Part shown: positions 25,590 to 38,951 of the stretch, piece by piece
How positions within the stretch are numbered: the stretch's first letter is position 1
How the letters are laid out: each line of letters opens with the position of its first letter
Origin: Eledone cirrhosa
Lineage: Eukaryota
Direction: 5' to 3'
Assembly (NCBI GenBank): GCA_964016885.1
Contig: OZ024743.1
Location: 49,166,001 to 49,230,000, forward strand
Length of the DNA stretch: 64,000 nucleotides
The notes under the pieces: model-generated
Told to the model about the DNA's origin: nothing
Seen by the model: the letters and a program-made list of their open reading frames with translations, nothing else
The model's database searches: none
Program-made: the position numbers and the translations under genes

Positions 25590-26190
25590 TTTGTAAAACT
25601 TCTTTGTTAACAATACAATGGTTGTCAAAAAAAATGACAATGATCATTTTTTTATGGATCTGCTCATTCATGCTTTCTTTGGATGAGGGAATTTTTCGTG
25701 TGCCACTTCTCACTTTGCTGTTTTATCTCTTGGATTGTAAACTCATGATTCAACTCCTGTTAATACTTTATCATCACCACTCACACCACTTCCAAATTTT
25801 GTTCATTTGTTGACGAGATTGGTCTTTGAGAACAAGGTTCGTCTTCATCATTTTTCTGCCCTCTTTGAAAGCTTTGTGCCACTTACAAACCTTACTGCTC
25901 AATAGAGTGGCATCTCCATAAGCTTGTGTTAAATAATTAAATGTTTTCGTTGCAGATTTGTTGAGTTTTACACACAATTTGATCACTATCGTTCGATATT
26001 TTCCTGCATTGTAAATGTAACAGAGGTTATAAATACATCTACATATAAATAGCAATAACTCACGACTGACTCATTTCATTATGTTGAAACAAGTATTTAT
26101 GTACAGCCAAGGTCATGACCAACATGCCTATATAAATCAGCGAGGTGCTGCATTACCATGTCGTACATAGGAAAATGAGTACCTTTACTT
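25590..26190 (-). pseudogene. Mariner transposase relic
   Basis: 'IKLCVKLNKSATKTFNYLTQAYGDATLLSSKVCKWHKAFKEGR' (mariner HTH) and 'KKMIIVIFFDNHCIVNKE'. Confidence 0.85.
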
Positions 26191-26952
26191 TTGGGACAAA
26201 CCCGTCTAACCCATGCTAGTGTGGAAGATAGACGTTATTCAATGATGATGATGATGACACACGCATGCACACACACACACACACGCCGCACACACATACA
26301 CACACGCCGCACACACACACACATATATATATGCACACACAGATGTACATGTATATTCTCTCAAATTAATTAATTCTGGACTAATTTATCAATTATCTAA
26401 TTTTGTGAACTTTTGTGATTGTGTTTCTACTTTTGGACCTCAGTGGAGGATAAAAACATTGACACTGAGATAATAGAAAGTTTGTCATTAGAAATTCTGT
26501 ATTTCATCTAACAGCATTAGGGTTGTTCTTTTTCTGTTCTGGTACATCATAAAGGAAAAAGAAAAAAGAAGAAAAGAAAGATGACCTTTGAAAATATAAT
26601 GCTTCATTTATTTACTGCTGATCATTAGTTTGTCTCATGTTGCTGTTGTTGTTGTAAAAGACCAGCAGAACAATCAGTTCTTTACTTGATAACACTAGAG
26701 CATTGTCAGATAAGAGTCAGTAGATGGTTATGTTCACAACACATCATCATTGATAGTTTTGAAAGCCTTCTCAGTTGTCACGTAGTCACTGAATGGCAGC
26801 AGAAGGTTTGCCACAAACTTTTATATATATAATTCATGCTATCTTAAACAGTCATATATTTCTTATAATCTTCATGAAAGTAAAGAGAAAAGAGCAATGA
26901 CATATTCGTATATGTAAATATATGTATGTATATGCATATATAGTGGTGTATA

Positions 26953-27240
26953 TCATCATCATCGTTTAACGTCTATCTTCCATGCTAGCATGGGTTAGAC
27001 GGGAATTGTCCCACTTGAGGCAAGATTGGTCGGGTGAACGTGTCTTACTCGTATAGGACTATCTGGCAGATTTTCTATGGCTGGATGCCCTTCCTAACAC
27101 CAAGCATGTTTACAGTGTGGACTGGGAGGTTTTTACCGTGTTACCTACACGGCTACATTACAATGTGGAGTGTGTGTGTTTTTTTTGTCGTGACACCTAC
27201 ACGACTTCTTTAGTTTGAATTGGATGTTGTGGTCCCAACA
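26953..27240 (-). mobile_element. 3' UTR-only fragment of the PHD-RTE LINE family (similar pieces at about 6082-6240, 32917-33150, 35085-35260)
   Basis: catcatcgtttaacgtc...catgggtt...gctggatgcccttcctaacacc...tttacagtgtggactggg. Confidence 0.75.
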
Positions 27241-27861
27241 TGTATATGTGTGTGTAATTGGAAAGATTACCTAATATGAGTGAAGGAGAGGGAACTTTTT
27301 GAGAGTATGTTCCCACAATGATGATAGTTTTTTTTAAAGTATTCCTTTATGTGCCTATAAGATTTACTTTAGCAGTAGAGTATCAGTTTTATAATGTATT
27401 TTATGATCATTATCATTTTTTACACCTGCTTTCCATGCTTGCATAGGTTGGATGGGTCATCACAGTCTGACTAGATGAGCCAGAAAAAAAAATTTGGTCA
27501 TACCTTCTATATTTTAGTATGGTTTCTATGGCTGCATGCAGAGTATATTGGGTGTACTTTATTGTAGCACCAGCACTAGAGAGGTTGTCATGTAATCAGC
27601 AAAAATTACTTGTATGATACAAATGATGTAAAGAAAGAGAAGAAAATGTTTGTACGTGGCTCTGATGAATGCCAACCAGCTGCTCTCCCTTCTTTCATCG
27701 AAAAGAAGTAAGTGACATAGTCACTACTTTAAAACTGATAGCGTATGGTCTTCTAAATGTTTTTAATTAAACATACGGAATATTGTCAAATATACTATAC
27801 ATACATTCATGTATACATCGCTATTTCAGAGCACAAATCCTAATACTATATATATATATAT

Positions 27862-28152
27862 CAGATAGGGTGTGGTAAAAAACCAGAGTACTTGATACTT
27901 GGGGTAGTAGAGTGGGTAATACGAAAAGATTCAGGACCCCGATGGCTGAGCTCTGGCCGTTTCGATAGCTAGATCCGAACTAAAGCACTAGTATTCAAAC
28001 GGTGGGAATCTAACTGAACGGTAAGGGAGACACGCTGGAAAAGCCATTCCAACTCACGGGGCTCACACCTGCAGCTGGCCAGCTCAGCGCCTATGGTGGT
28101 GAATAGGGAGGTAGCCCTAGGGCCGAGGACACCAGAAGTCTCCACTGCAAGT
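27862..28152 (-). pseudogene. CRE-clade restriction-like endonuclease relic with downstream sequence ending at (TA)n
   Basis: 'LAVETSGVLGPRATSLFTTIGAELASCRCEPRELEWLFQRVSLTVQ' matches the RLE C-terminal motif. Confidence 0.7.
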
Positions 28153-29110
28153 TGTAATTCTATATACGAATAATCAACAATTTCTTTTGTCCCTGACACC
28201 AACTTAATAATGATATAGTTATCTTACTAAAGTTTTAGTTTATTTTAAAAACTAATTAAAAAATATAGACAGTATATGTTTATGAAAATATAGTCTCTCA
28301 ACAAGGCTGCCAGCAGAAGTAGTTAGTGAGATGTGCCTGAAAAAATGTCCCAAAGTCAGGAGCGTGAGTCAGGTGAAAGCTAGTGTACCCATCTGTCTCT
28401 AAGGATGCCATTGTCAGGCATCAAGGTGCTCTCTCAATTCAAAAACCCTGGTTTTAAGATGTTTCTTTAAATTCTGGATAACAGTATACCTGGTATTGCA
28501 ATAACATTTTTTCACATCAATTCACTCTATTTTGAAACATTAGATAATGCTATGTCCAGTATTGAAATACGGTTTCATTAAATTAATAATGATTTCTAAT
28601 TCGGGAACAAGGCCATCAGATTTGTGGGAAGTGCAAAGTTGATTAAATCAACCCCAGTACTTGACTGGTACTTTATTTCATCAACCCCAAAAGGATGAAA
28701 AGCAAAGTTAACCTTGACAGGATTTGAACTCAGAATGTTAAGTGCCAGAACAAATACTGCAACATTTTATCTGATCATCATCATCATCATCATCTTCGTT
28801 TAACGTCAATTTTCCACGCTGGCATAATGCTCTACTAATTCTGCTGATCCATCACCCTTCAGTTTAACTTAATGTTAAAAATGTAAAGTGGTTAAAGTCA
28901 GAAATAAATATCAGATACAGCAAACTGTTGATAAAGAATGACCTTATTTGATGTCAGTATGGAGTTTTATCAAATATAATCCAATAGTTTAGCTATTATA
29001 ATGGTCAGTCTGCTCTAAAGACAACCATATATATATATATATACTAACAAAGTTAAATTAAAGATGTCATGTCTGAGAATATCTGAAATATGCACCATAT
29101 CGCCCGTAGA

Positions 29111-29339
29111 TTAACCCTTTAGCATTTACATTACTCTACATTTGCTATTGTATTTTCATGGTAAAGGCTTTACCTCACATAATTATCTCACGTAATATTG
29201 AATCTATGAGATTTTGATATTATTTATTTTCAGAACAATACCTTAACATCAGTATGAGCAGCTAGTTACAGCTGGTTTGAACAGAAAGAGGTGAGAGAAT
29301 TCTGGCCGGATATGGTCGGTTTAAATGCGAAAGGGTTAA
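29111..29339 (-). mobile_element. piggyBac-type MITE copy
   Basis: ttaaccctttagcatttaca ... ttaaatgcgaaagggttaa. Confidence 0.85.
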
Positions 29340-29375
29340 GCTCAAAGATTCTAAGGAATAGATCCGAGCATTTAT

Positions 29376-29507
29376 TAACATTAAATTAAAAGTGATTGAC
29401 ATATAAAATAAACATATCAAACATTGCCAGAGATTAATCATTATATCCTGGCAATGTTTGATATTTTTATTTTATATATATATCAATTGACTTTTAATTT
29501 AATGTTA
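29376..29507. repeat. Imperfect inverted repeat (about 55-bp arms)
   Basis: taacattaaattaaaagt...atatcaaacattgccag / ctggcaatgtttgatat...acttttaatttaatgtta. Confidence 0.85.
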
Positions 29508-29524
29508 TATGTGTGTATATATAT

Positions 29525-29974
29525 ATATTAAGACAGGGGGGAAGAAAAAATGGCTTCACTTGTGCTTTCAACAAATTTATTTTCTTCACAAAATCCCAAA
29601 AGAATTTTTTTTTTTTTTTCTCCGGATTAGAAAAAAATTTTTCTTAAAAAAAAATATTTTATAAATTAAGTTGTTGGTTGTTGGTTAGGTCTTAGGAGTT
29701 CTTGGTTAACGTAGGAGGTATTGGTCGTTCTAAAAACGAAACAATACCTCCTACGTTAACCAAGAACTCCTAAGACCTAACCAACAACCAACAACTTAAT
29801 TTATAAAATATTTTTTTTTAAGAAAAATTTTTTTTCTAATCCGGAAAAAAAAAAAAAAAAAAAATTCTTTTGGGATTTTGTGAAGAAAATAAATTTGTTG
29901 AAAGCACAAGTGAAGCCATTTTTTCTTCCCCCCTGTCTTAATATACCTCACTGTACCAAGGATTACACACATTT

Positions 29975-29980
<6 letters not shown>
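29525..29980. mobile_element. Fold-back element with about 195-bp near-perfect inverted arms, 18-bp spacer and one-sided tail, embedded in (TA)n
   Basis: 29525-29723 is the reverse complement of 29742-29945; extra tail 29946-29980. Confidence 0.85.
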
Positions 29981-30051
<71 letters not shown>

Positions 30052-30648
30052 AATGTGTGTGTGTATGGGTGAGTGGAAATGTATGTGTGTATGTATATGT
30101 GTGTGTAAGACTATCTGTATACACTAGCAGAGTAGTCATTACAATTAGTAAGTTAGTGATGATACATAATGATAGTAATTAGAATTTGTAAACTAGTTAT
30201 GGTGAACCATGGGTAGTCACTAAAATTGGTAGTTTAGTGATGGTATGTAAGATAAGTCACGAGAATTAGTAGGTTAGTAGTAGCATGTAAAGACAAAATG
30301 CCTTGCAGTATTTGTTCTTACTATCTGTGCTCTGTTCAAATCCTACCAGAGTCAACTTTACCTTTCATCCTTCTGGAGTCAATAAAATTAAGGACCAGTC
30401 CAGTATGGTGGACTGAATGAATTGTTAGAGCATTGGATGAGATGAGAAGCTTTGCAATATTTGTTTCAAGTCTTTGCGTTCTGAGTTCCATCTGACATTA
30501 GGCCGATTGCCATTTTTTTCCTACTTATACTTGGCTGAGGAACAGGCTACTGGATCAGTTTTAATAAACTGTTAATTTCTACTATGGTATTCAGTACTCA
30601 TTCTTGAAACAACCAATATTAATGTACTAACACTTACACACACTCATA

Positions 30649-31970
30649 TCATCATCATCATCATCATCAACGTTTAACGTCCGTGTTCCACGCTTGCATG
30701 GGTTTGGACGGGGGTATTCCCACTTGAGGCAAGAGTGATTGTCTTGCTCGCATAGGACTGTCTGGCAGGTTTTCTACAGTTGGATGCCCTTCCTAACACC
30801 AACCACATTTACAGTGTGGGACTGGGAGGTTTTTACCGTGTTGCCTACACGGCCACATTACAGCGTGGACTGTGTGTTTTTTTGTCGTGACACCTACACG
30901 ATCTCATTTGTTTCGGCCTGGATGTTGTGGCACCAACACAACTTTACATAGGAGGGGGTGGTGTGGATGGGGTGTGGGTGGTGGGACGGGGGTGTATTTT
31001 GTTAGAGATGCCTACTGGCTGGAGTAGGTTTTACTATGTATTTAGGTAAGGCGGGTCTTCTCTATTACTGAGTACCGCCAAAGGTCTCGGTCCAGTGACA
31101 TTGTCTTGGTGAGGTGTAAGTGTGTGAGGTCGGAGTTTATCAGCTCATCCCAGGTTTTTCTGGGTCTGCCTATTCCGTGGCTACTGTCTATCTTTATTGC
31201 CCTGCACTTTGTTATACAGCTATCGTCCTTCATGCGCATTACGTGACCATACCAACGTAGCCTTCTCTCGAGTAGACAACATCTGATCCCTCTTATTTCT
31301 AATTTTTTCCTTAGTTCGTTTATGCTTTGTCGTTCACGTATATTACTATTACACATCCAGCGGAGCATGCAAGCTTCGTTCCTCTCTAGTCTGCGTATAT
31401 CTTCTGCACACAATGCCCAGGTCTCACTGCCATGCAACATTGCTGTTCGTATGCAGGCATCGTACAACCTGCCTTTCATTTTTAGGGAGAACCCTTTAGC
31501 GGCTAATAGTGGTATAAGCTCTCTGAACTTTTTCCACCCAGTTCTGACTCTAGCTACTGTACTTTCAGAGCACCCTCCCCCACTGCTGATTTTGTCACCC
31601 AGGTAACGGAAGCTGTCCACTATTTCTATAGAACCCTCTGCGCAGCTGAAAGAGCTAGTATTTTGTGGGCACTTGCTGCTACTTATTGCGCCGGAACACC
31701 GGCCACATGTAAAATCTATGTTCTTAGTTAGCTTACCTGTGATACCACTACATCTTTTATGCACCCAAACTTTGCATTTGGGACACAAAAGGGAGTTTCT
31801 ACCTACGCCTTTCCTACACTCTGCGCATAGCCACTTCCCGGAGGGGACCGCCGCCTTATTTTCTTTCTTACAAACCAGAACTTTAGTCTTAGCCAGGTTA
31901 ATTTTAAGGCCTTTTGATTCTAGGCCGTGCTTCCATGTTTGGAATTTCTTCTCTAGCTCGGCCATTGATT
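30649..31970 (-). mobile_element. 5'-truncated RTE LINE with PHD insert, uninterrupted ORF
   Basis: ORF from about 31968 to 31042: 'GLKINLAKTK...WLCAECRKGVGRNSLLCPKCKVWVHKRC...FTCGRC...FRYLGD...GRPRKTW'. Confidence 0.93.
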
Positions 31971-32060
<90 letters not shown>

Positions 32061-32215
32061 CATACATATATATATAGGATAACAAGTTATTGTTTAAGGT
32101 AATCCAGTTAGAGGTTCTGAGTACTCTGTACTGTGAATAGTTTTAACGTACAGCGTTTCCTTAGTTAGGTGGCGAGTTTATGAGAATTCCCATGTAGGTG
32201 ATTCTTGGAGAAACA

Positions 32216-32387
32216 ATAGTAAAAGAATGAAGAATAACATGGTCGGCTGCCAGGAGAACTATCACCAACCTCGAAAATAGTCACAGTGACTATTTTCGAG
32301 TCTGGTGATAGTTCTCCTGGCAGCTAGTAACTGTAAATAAAACCTTTTTTGTACAGCCAACCATGTTATTCTTCACTTTTTCACTAT
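32216..32387. repeat. Fold-back palindrome next to (TA)n
   Basis: gctgccaggagaactatcacca..ctcgaaaatagtcac-a-gtgactattttcgag..tggtgatagttctcctggcagc plus outer arms tgaagaataacatggt.ggctg / cagccaaccatgttattcttca. Confidence 0.85.
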
Positions 32388-32512
32388 ATATATATATAGA
32401 GAGAGAGATGCAGTGCTGAGACCGAGGAGACCACTAATCATGTGAGTACTCAATAAATGGGGAAATGTAGAGTGACCATGACGCCAAGTGGTTGTCTGGA
32501 TTTTACACATCC

Positions 32513-32555
<43 letters not shown>

Positions 32556-33363
32556 GATAGATAGATATACACACACATATATACTTACTTCTTAACCCGC
32601 AGCTCCTGGTGGAGTCATAGGGGTGCAGCAGATGTATGGACTTCCTTGAGCATTTTAAACTTGGCAGCGGCTGTCACCTTTGCAGGTTGATTTTTCTTTT
32701 CATAGAAAGAGAATGATAGAGATGAAATGAGAAAGATATAGAGGAAGAATCAACCTCGGTACTGAACTGATACTTTTTTATTGACCTCAGATGGACGAAA
32801 GGCAAAGTTGACTGTGGCAGGATTTGAACTCAGAACGCACAGAGTTAAATCGAATACTGCCAGGCATTCTATCCGACGTTCAAATGACTCTGCCAATTCA
32901 CTGCATATATATAGCATCATCATCATTGTTTAACGTTTATCTTCCACGTTAGCATGGGTTAGATGGGTTTGTCCCATTTAGAGGCAAGTTGGGTCGGGTG
33001 ACCATGTCTTGTTCATATAGGACTGTTACTGGATGGGTTTCTATAGCTGGATGCCCTTCCTAGTGCCAACCACATTTACAATGTGTGCTGGTTGCTTTTT
33101 GTCACGTCTTTTACATGATCACGTTACAGTGGAAGTTTTGTGGAACCAACATAATATACACATATATGTATATATATATATACACACATATAGTATATAT
33201 ATACACACATGGGCTATATATACATATTTGTGTGTATATACACACATCATCGCCTCCTATATATATAGGCAGTTTTCATAGAATAGATAAAGGAAAAAGA
33301 GTGCTTTATGTTAAAAACATAGTATATATATATATATATATATATATAGATAGATATATATAT

Positions 33364-34845
33364 ATCATCATCATCATCATTTAATGCCTGTCTTCCACGC
33401 TAGCATGGGTTAGACGGGTATAGTCCCACTTGAGGCAAGATTGATCGAGTGACCGTGTCTTGCTCATATAGGACTGTATCTGGTAGGTTTTCTACAGCTG
33501 GATGCCCTTCCTAACACCAACCACATTTACAGTGTGGACTGGGAGGTTTTTTACTGTGTCACCTACACAACCACATTACAGCATAGGCTGTATGTTTTTT
33601 TGTTGTGACACCTACACAACCTCATTAGTTTGGACTGGATGTTGTGGTACCAACATAACTTTACAGAGAGAGGGTGGTGTTGGTGGGAGTGGGAGGATGG
33701 AGTAGGGTTAGTGGGTTGGGGTGTATATTTGGTTAGGAGGGGCCTACTGACTGTAGGTTAACTTTGCACATAGGGAAGGTGGGTCTTCTGTATTACTGCG
33801 TGGCACCAAAGATCTGGGTCCAGTGACATTGTCCTAGAGAGGTGTATGTGTGCAAGGTCGGATTTTATCATGTTGTCCCAGGTTTTTATGGGTCTAACTA
33901 CTCCGTAACTTCCATCAATTTTGATTGCCTTGTACTTTTTTATACAGCTGCCATCTTTCATGCGCATCATATGACCATACCAACAGAATCTTCTCTTGAG
34001 TAAACAGCATCTGATCCCTCTTATTCCTAATTTCTCACTTAGTTCATCTATGTTTTGCCGTTTGTGTATATTACTATTACACATCCAACGGAGCATGCAT
34101 ACTTCATTCCTTTCCAATCTGCACAGGTCCTCTGCACACAATGCCCATGTCTCACTGCCATATAACATTGCTGTTCGTATACAAGCATCATACAATCTGC
34201 CTTTCATTTTTAGAGAGAAACCTTTTGTTGCCAACAACGGTATTAGCTCACTGAACTTTTTCCATCCCGTTCTAACTCTGATTTTGTCACCCAGGTAACG
34301 GAAAGTGTCCACTATTTCTATAGAACCATCTGGGCAGCAGGAGCTAGTATCCTGTGGGCACTTGCTACTTATTGCACCTGAACATCGGCCACATATAAAA
34401 TCTGCATTCTTAGATAGCTTGCCTGTGATCCCACTACATCTTTTATGTACTCATAGTTTGCATTTGGGGCATAGAGTGTAGTTTCTACCTACTCCTTTTC
34501 TACACACCGAGCATGGCCCTTTCCCAGAGGGCACCTGTGGCCTATTTTCCCTTCTATATACTAAAACTTTAGTCTTAGACAATTTAACTTTAAGGCTTTT
34601 TGATTCTAGGCCATGCTTCCATGTTTGGAATTTCTTCTCTAGTTCAGCCATAGATTCAGCTATGAGAGTTAGATAATCTGCATATAGAAGTTCAAATGGG
34701 CAGTTGGTCTTAAACTCCTCTGTTATATCCTGAAGGGCAATAATAAACAGGAGGGGGCTAAGGACAGAACCTTGATGAACCCCTACTTTTATGCTAAATT
34801 CTTTACTATATTCATTGTTAACTCTAACCTTGCTGACTGTTTCTT
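33364..34845 (-). mobile_element. 5'-truncated, decayed RTE LINE with PHD insert
   Basis: 'VGVHQGSVLSPLLFII', 'LYADYL', 'PCSVCRKGVGRN', 'WYGHMMRM'; family 3' UTR and (GAT)n tail. Confidence 0.9.
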
Positions 34846-34928
34846 TATACACACACACACATATATATATATATATACATATATATATACACATATACAC
34901 GTACATTTTTTTATTTTTTTAATTTTTT

Positions 34929-34962
<34 letters not shown>

Positions 34963-35292
34963 TAAGAAGGAATAATAGACACAATATATACCTATTTTTT
35001 CTTCGTCCCGACTGTACAGTTTCGCTGGCTTACCTCACAACAATGTTACATATCTATGATATACATGTATATGTATATATACAGCCACACTGTATATGTG
35101 GTTGGTGTTAAGAAGGGCATCCAGCCGTAGAAAACCTGCCAGATAGTCCTATATGAATGAGATACGGTCACCCGACCAACCTTGCCTCAAGTGGGACAAC
35201 TCCCGTCTAACCTATGCTAGCATGGAAAATGGACATTAAACGAAGATGATGATGATAATGATATATACATATATATATATGCATACACACAT

Positions 35293-35349
<57 letters not shown>

Positions 35350-35605
35350 CATACATACATATATCATCATCATCATTTAACGTCTGCTTTTTAATGCTGG
35401 CATGGACTGGACAGGTCCTCACAGACCAAGTCAGTATTTAATGTTGCCAGGTCAAGGGCCGAATCTTGTTAACGTTCATTCTGGTTTTGATAACAAAATT
35501 ATCCAGTCTTTGTAAGATGGCAGTGCTGGAGTCACAAGAAAATGCTCCCAGTACATGCTACAAAAATAGATGTTAAGCAGTGATTATGATGATGATGATG
35601 ATATA

Positions 35606-37017
35606 TCCCCTACTATTTATTATTGCCCTTCAGGCTATAACAGAGGAGTTCAAGACCGGCTGCCCATGGGAACTCCTATATGCAGATGATCTAACGCTCA
35701 TAGCTGAATCAATGGCTGAACTAGAGAAGAAATTCCAAACATGGAAGCATGGCCTAGAATCAAAAGGCCTTAAAGTTAACTTGTCTAAGACTAAAGTTCT
35801 AGTTTGTAGGAAGGAAAATAGGGCTCCGGTCCCATCTGGGAAATGGCCATGCTCAGTGTGTAGGAAAGGAGTAGGTAGAAACTCCATTTTATGTCCCAAA
35901 TGCAAAGTATGGGTACATAAAAGATGTAGTGGGATCACATGTAAGCTAACTAAGAATATAGATTTTATATGTGGCCGGTGCTCTGGTGCAATAAGTAGCA
36001 GCAAGTGCCCACAGAATACTAACTCATTCCATTGCACAGATGGTTCTATAGAAATAGTGGACAGCTTCCGTTACCTGGGTGATAAAATCAGCAGTGGGGG
36101 AGCGTGCTCTGAAAGTACAGTAGCTAGAGTCAGAACGGGATGGAAAAGGTTCAGAGAGCTTATACCACTATTGGCCGCTAAAGGGTTCTCTCTAAAAATG
36201 AAAGGCAGGCTGTATGGTGCCTGCATACGAACAGCAATGTTACATGGCAGTGAGACCTGGGCATTGTGTGCAGAGGATATATGCAGACTGGAGAGAAACG
36301 AAGCTTGCATGCTCTGCTGGATGTATAATAGTAATATACGTTAACGGCAAAGCATAAACGAACTAAGGGAGAAATTAGAAATAAGAGGGATCAGATGTTG
36401 TTTACTCGAGAGAAGACTACGTTGGTATGGTCACATGATGCGCATGAAAGATGACAGCTGTATAAAAAAGTGCAGGGCAATAAAGATAGATGGTAGCCAA
36501 CGGAGTAGGCAGACCCAGAAAAACCTGGGATGACTTGATAAATTCTGACCTCACACACTTACACCTCTCCAAGACAATGTCACTGGACCGAGATCTTTGG
36601 CGCTACACAGTAATAGAGAAGACCCGCCTTACCTAAGTGCAAAGTGAAACCTACTACAGCCTATAGGCACCTCTAACAAAATACTCCCCCATCCCACTAC
36701 CCCACCCCATCCACACCACCCCTTTCAATGTAAAGTTATGTTGGTACCACAACATCCAGCTCGAAACAAATGAGGTCGTGTAGGTGTCACGACAAAAAAA
36801 CACACAGTCCACGCTGTAATGTGGCCGTGTAGGTAACACGGTAAAAACCTCCCAGTTCCACACTGTAAATGTGGTTGGTGTTAGGAAGGGCATCCAGCCG
36901 TAGAAAACCCGCCAGACAGTCCTATGTGAGCAAGACAACCACTCTTGCCTCAAGTGGGAAAACTCCCGTCCAAACCCATGCGAGCGTGGAATATGGACGT
37001 TAAACAAAGATGATGAT
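35606..37017 (+). mobile_element. 5'-truncated RTE LINE with PHD insert
   Basis: 'PLLFII...GCPWELLYADDL...KWPCSVCRKGVGRNSILCPKCKVWVHKRC...FICGRC...FRYLGD'; premature stop at 36344. Confidence 0.93.
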
Positions 37018-37363
37018 ATATATATATATATATACACACACACATATATGTGTGTGTGTGTATTGATGAGTTGGATGGGATGTTACGGACCAAAGCAATA
37101 CTTAATCAGTCAAATATCATTTTTACAGCTGAAAGCCCTTGTTAATGCTTGTTAACTCCTTTACAGAGTGTGTATGGTGCATTTTATCATGACACCTGCA
37201 CTAGAAAGGCTGTCTTGTTCTTGATATGACTGAAAAGTCCTCTGTACACTTTTGTGGGATAGTTTGTACAGCTGATTTTATTTACTTCATTCATAATCAA
37301 GGAGTCTGATACTCCGGTTGGTCATTGGGTCACCACTAGAGAACAATGTTTTTATTTGCTATA

Positions 37364-37582
37364 TAATGATTTCTACTTTAGGCACAAGGCCAGCAATTTG
37401 TGGGGAGGGGGCATTTGATTAAATCGTCCCCAGTGCATGACTGGTACTTTATTTTATTGACCTCATAAGGATGAAAGGCAAAGTTTACCTCGGCGGGATT
37501 TGAACTCAGATCATAAAGAGCCATAACTCTATGCTGCAAAGCATGGTGTCCCACGCTCTACCGATACTGCCAATCCACCATC
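37364..37582 (-). mobile_element. tRNA-derived SINE, family 2
   Basis: Near-identical to 16775-16990. Confidence 0.85.
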
Positions 37583-37887
37583 CTTTTATTTGCTATATAA
37601 TGAGAAGTATTTTATTTGTTTCAAATGCATACACATACTACCAAAAAAGCAATGGAAGAATAACAATAAAAATCAGTCAGAAAGAAAAAAAAGAGACACT
37701 ACACAATATAAATAGGAATGCTGGTGTTGATCTCAACTGAAAACACTCAACAATACTGCTGGTGAAGGGCTGAAGTAGCTAACTACCCTCATGTGCCTTA
37801 TCTGATGCTTCAGTAAAATGAACTGCTGTCAGTAGCTCTCAGCTCCCTTGAATGTCTCAAGCAACAAGTTTTTATTTGCTTAAAAAA

Positions 37888-38155
37888 TTATTGTTTCTAC
37901 TTTTGGCACAATGCCAGCAATTATCCCATTACTGATACTTTATTTTAATCGACCCCGTAAGGATGAAAGGCAAAGTTAACCTCGGCGAGATTTGAACTCA
38001 GAACGTAATGGGCCATAACTCTATGCTGTAAAGCATGGTGTCTGATGCTCTACCGATACTGCCAATTCACTGTAAAAATTTGAACTCAGAATGGCAAGGG
38101 CCGTAACTCCATGCATCAAAGCATGGCGTCCGACCCTCTACCGATATTACCAATC
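37888..38155 (-). mobile_element. tRNA-derived SINE, family 2, with duplicated head
   Basis: Body 37888-38072, then a second 'ttgaactcagaa...ctctaccgata' head 38078-38155. Confidence 0.8.
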
Positions 38156-38951
38156 AACATGCAATAAGGTTTGCTGTGAAGAGAATAAATATCACCTTTC
38201 TTTGCTATTTATTGAAATGGCTAGCCAGTGCATTTTCCCTTAAATTCTAGGGATAATATTTTTTGTCAGTTTTAGCTAATTCTTTACACTCCACAAGACA
38301 CTAAGCTTGGAGGCCCTTGTTTTTTATATATAATGTCTAATCTCAGAAGGTGGCAACCCATCTAACTCGTGTAAGTACAGAAAATAAACATAAAATGGTG
38401 ATAATGATGTCATCATTTAACATGTGTTTTCCCTGTTAGCAAGGGTTGGATGTCATCACAGACCACCTTCTAGAGTGAACTGAGTGTGTTTATCATATAG
38501 ATCACCAACACTAAAGCAGTTGTCATGCCTTTCACACAACTGAAGAGTCCTCTTAGCCTTTTTTTGGCATGGTTACTATGGCTAGATGCCCTTCCTATTA
38601 GCAACCACCTTACATGGTGTACTGGGTGTGCTTTTCATGCCACCAGTACTAAAGGATTTTCTCAACCCTTTTTGGCATGGTTTCTATGACTGGAAGCCCC
38701 TCCCAACACCAACCACCTTATAGAGTGTGTTGGGTACCAGCACTAGGGAGGTTGTCAGTCATTGTCTCAACTGAAGGTGCCTCTCTATCTTATGAGGGGA
38801 ATTGTAAGGGAGGAAAAGGATAGGGGAAATAAGAAGGATGGATAAGTGGCAAGAGGTGTGGAGGTAGCAACAGGTTCGACGGGGAGTTCAGATAATGATG
38901 TGGGGGAAAGAAGGGGCATAGAAAGTGTATCATGGGTATAAAACAGGTGTG

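Noticed and set aside
27655-27715. ctgatga...gaaa motif
   Set aside because: No convincing stem I, II or III pairing and no properly placed UH site
27940-27990. Minus-strand 'gctatc-gaaa-cggcc' resembling a hammerhead 3' half
   Set aside because: No CUGANGA upstream and no UH after the palindrome
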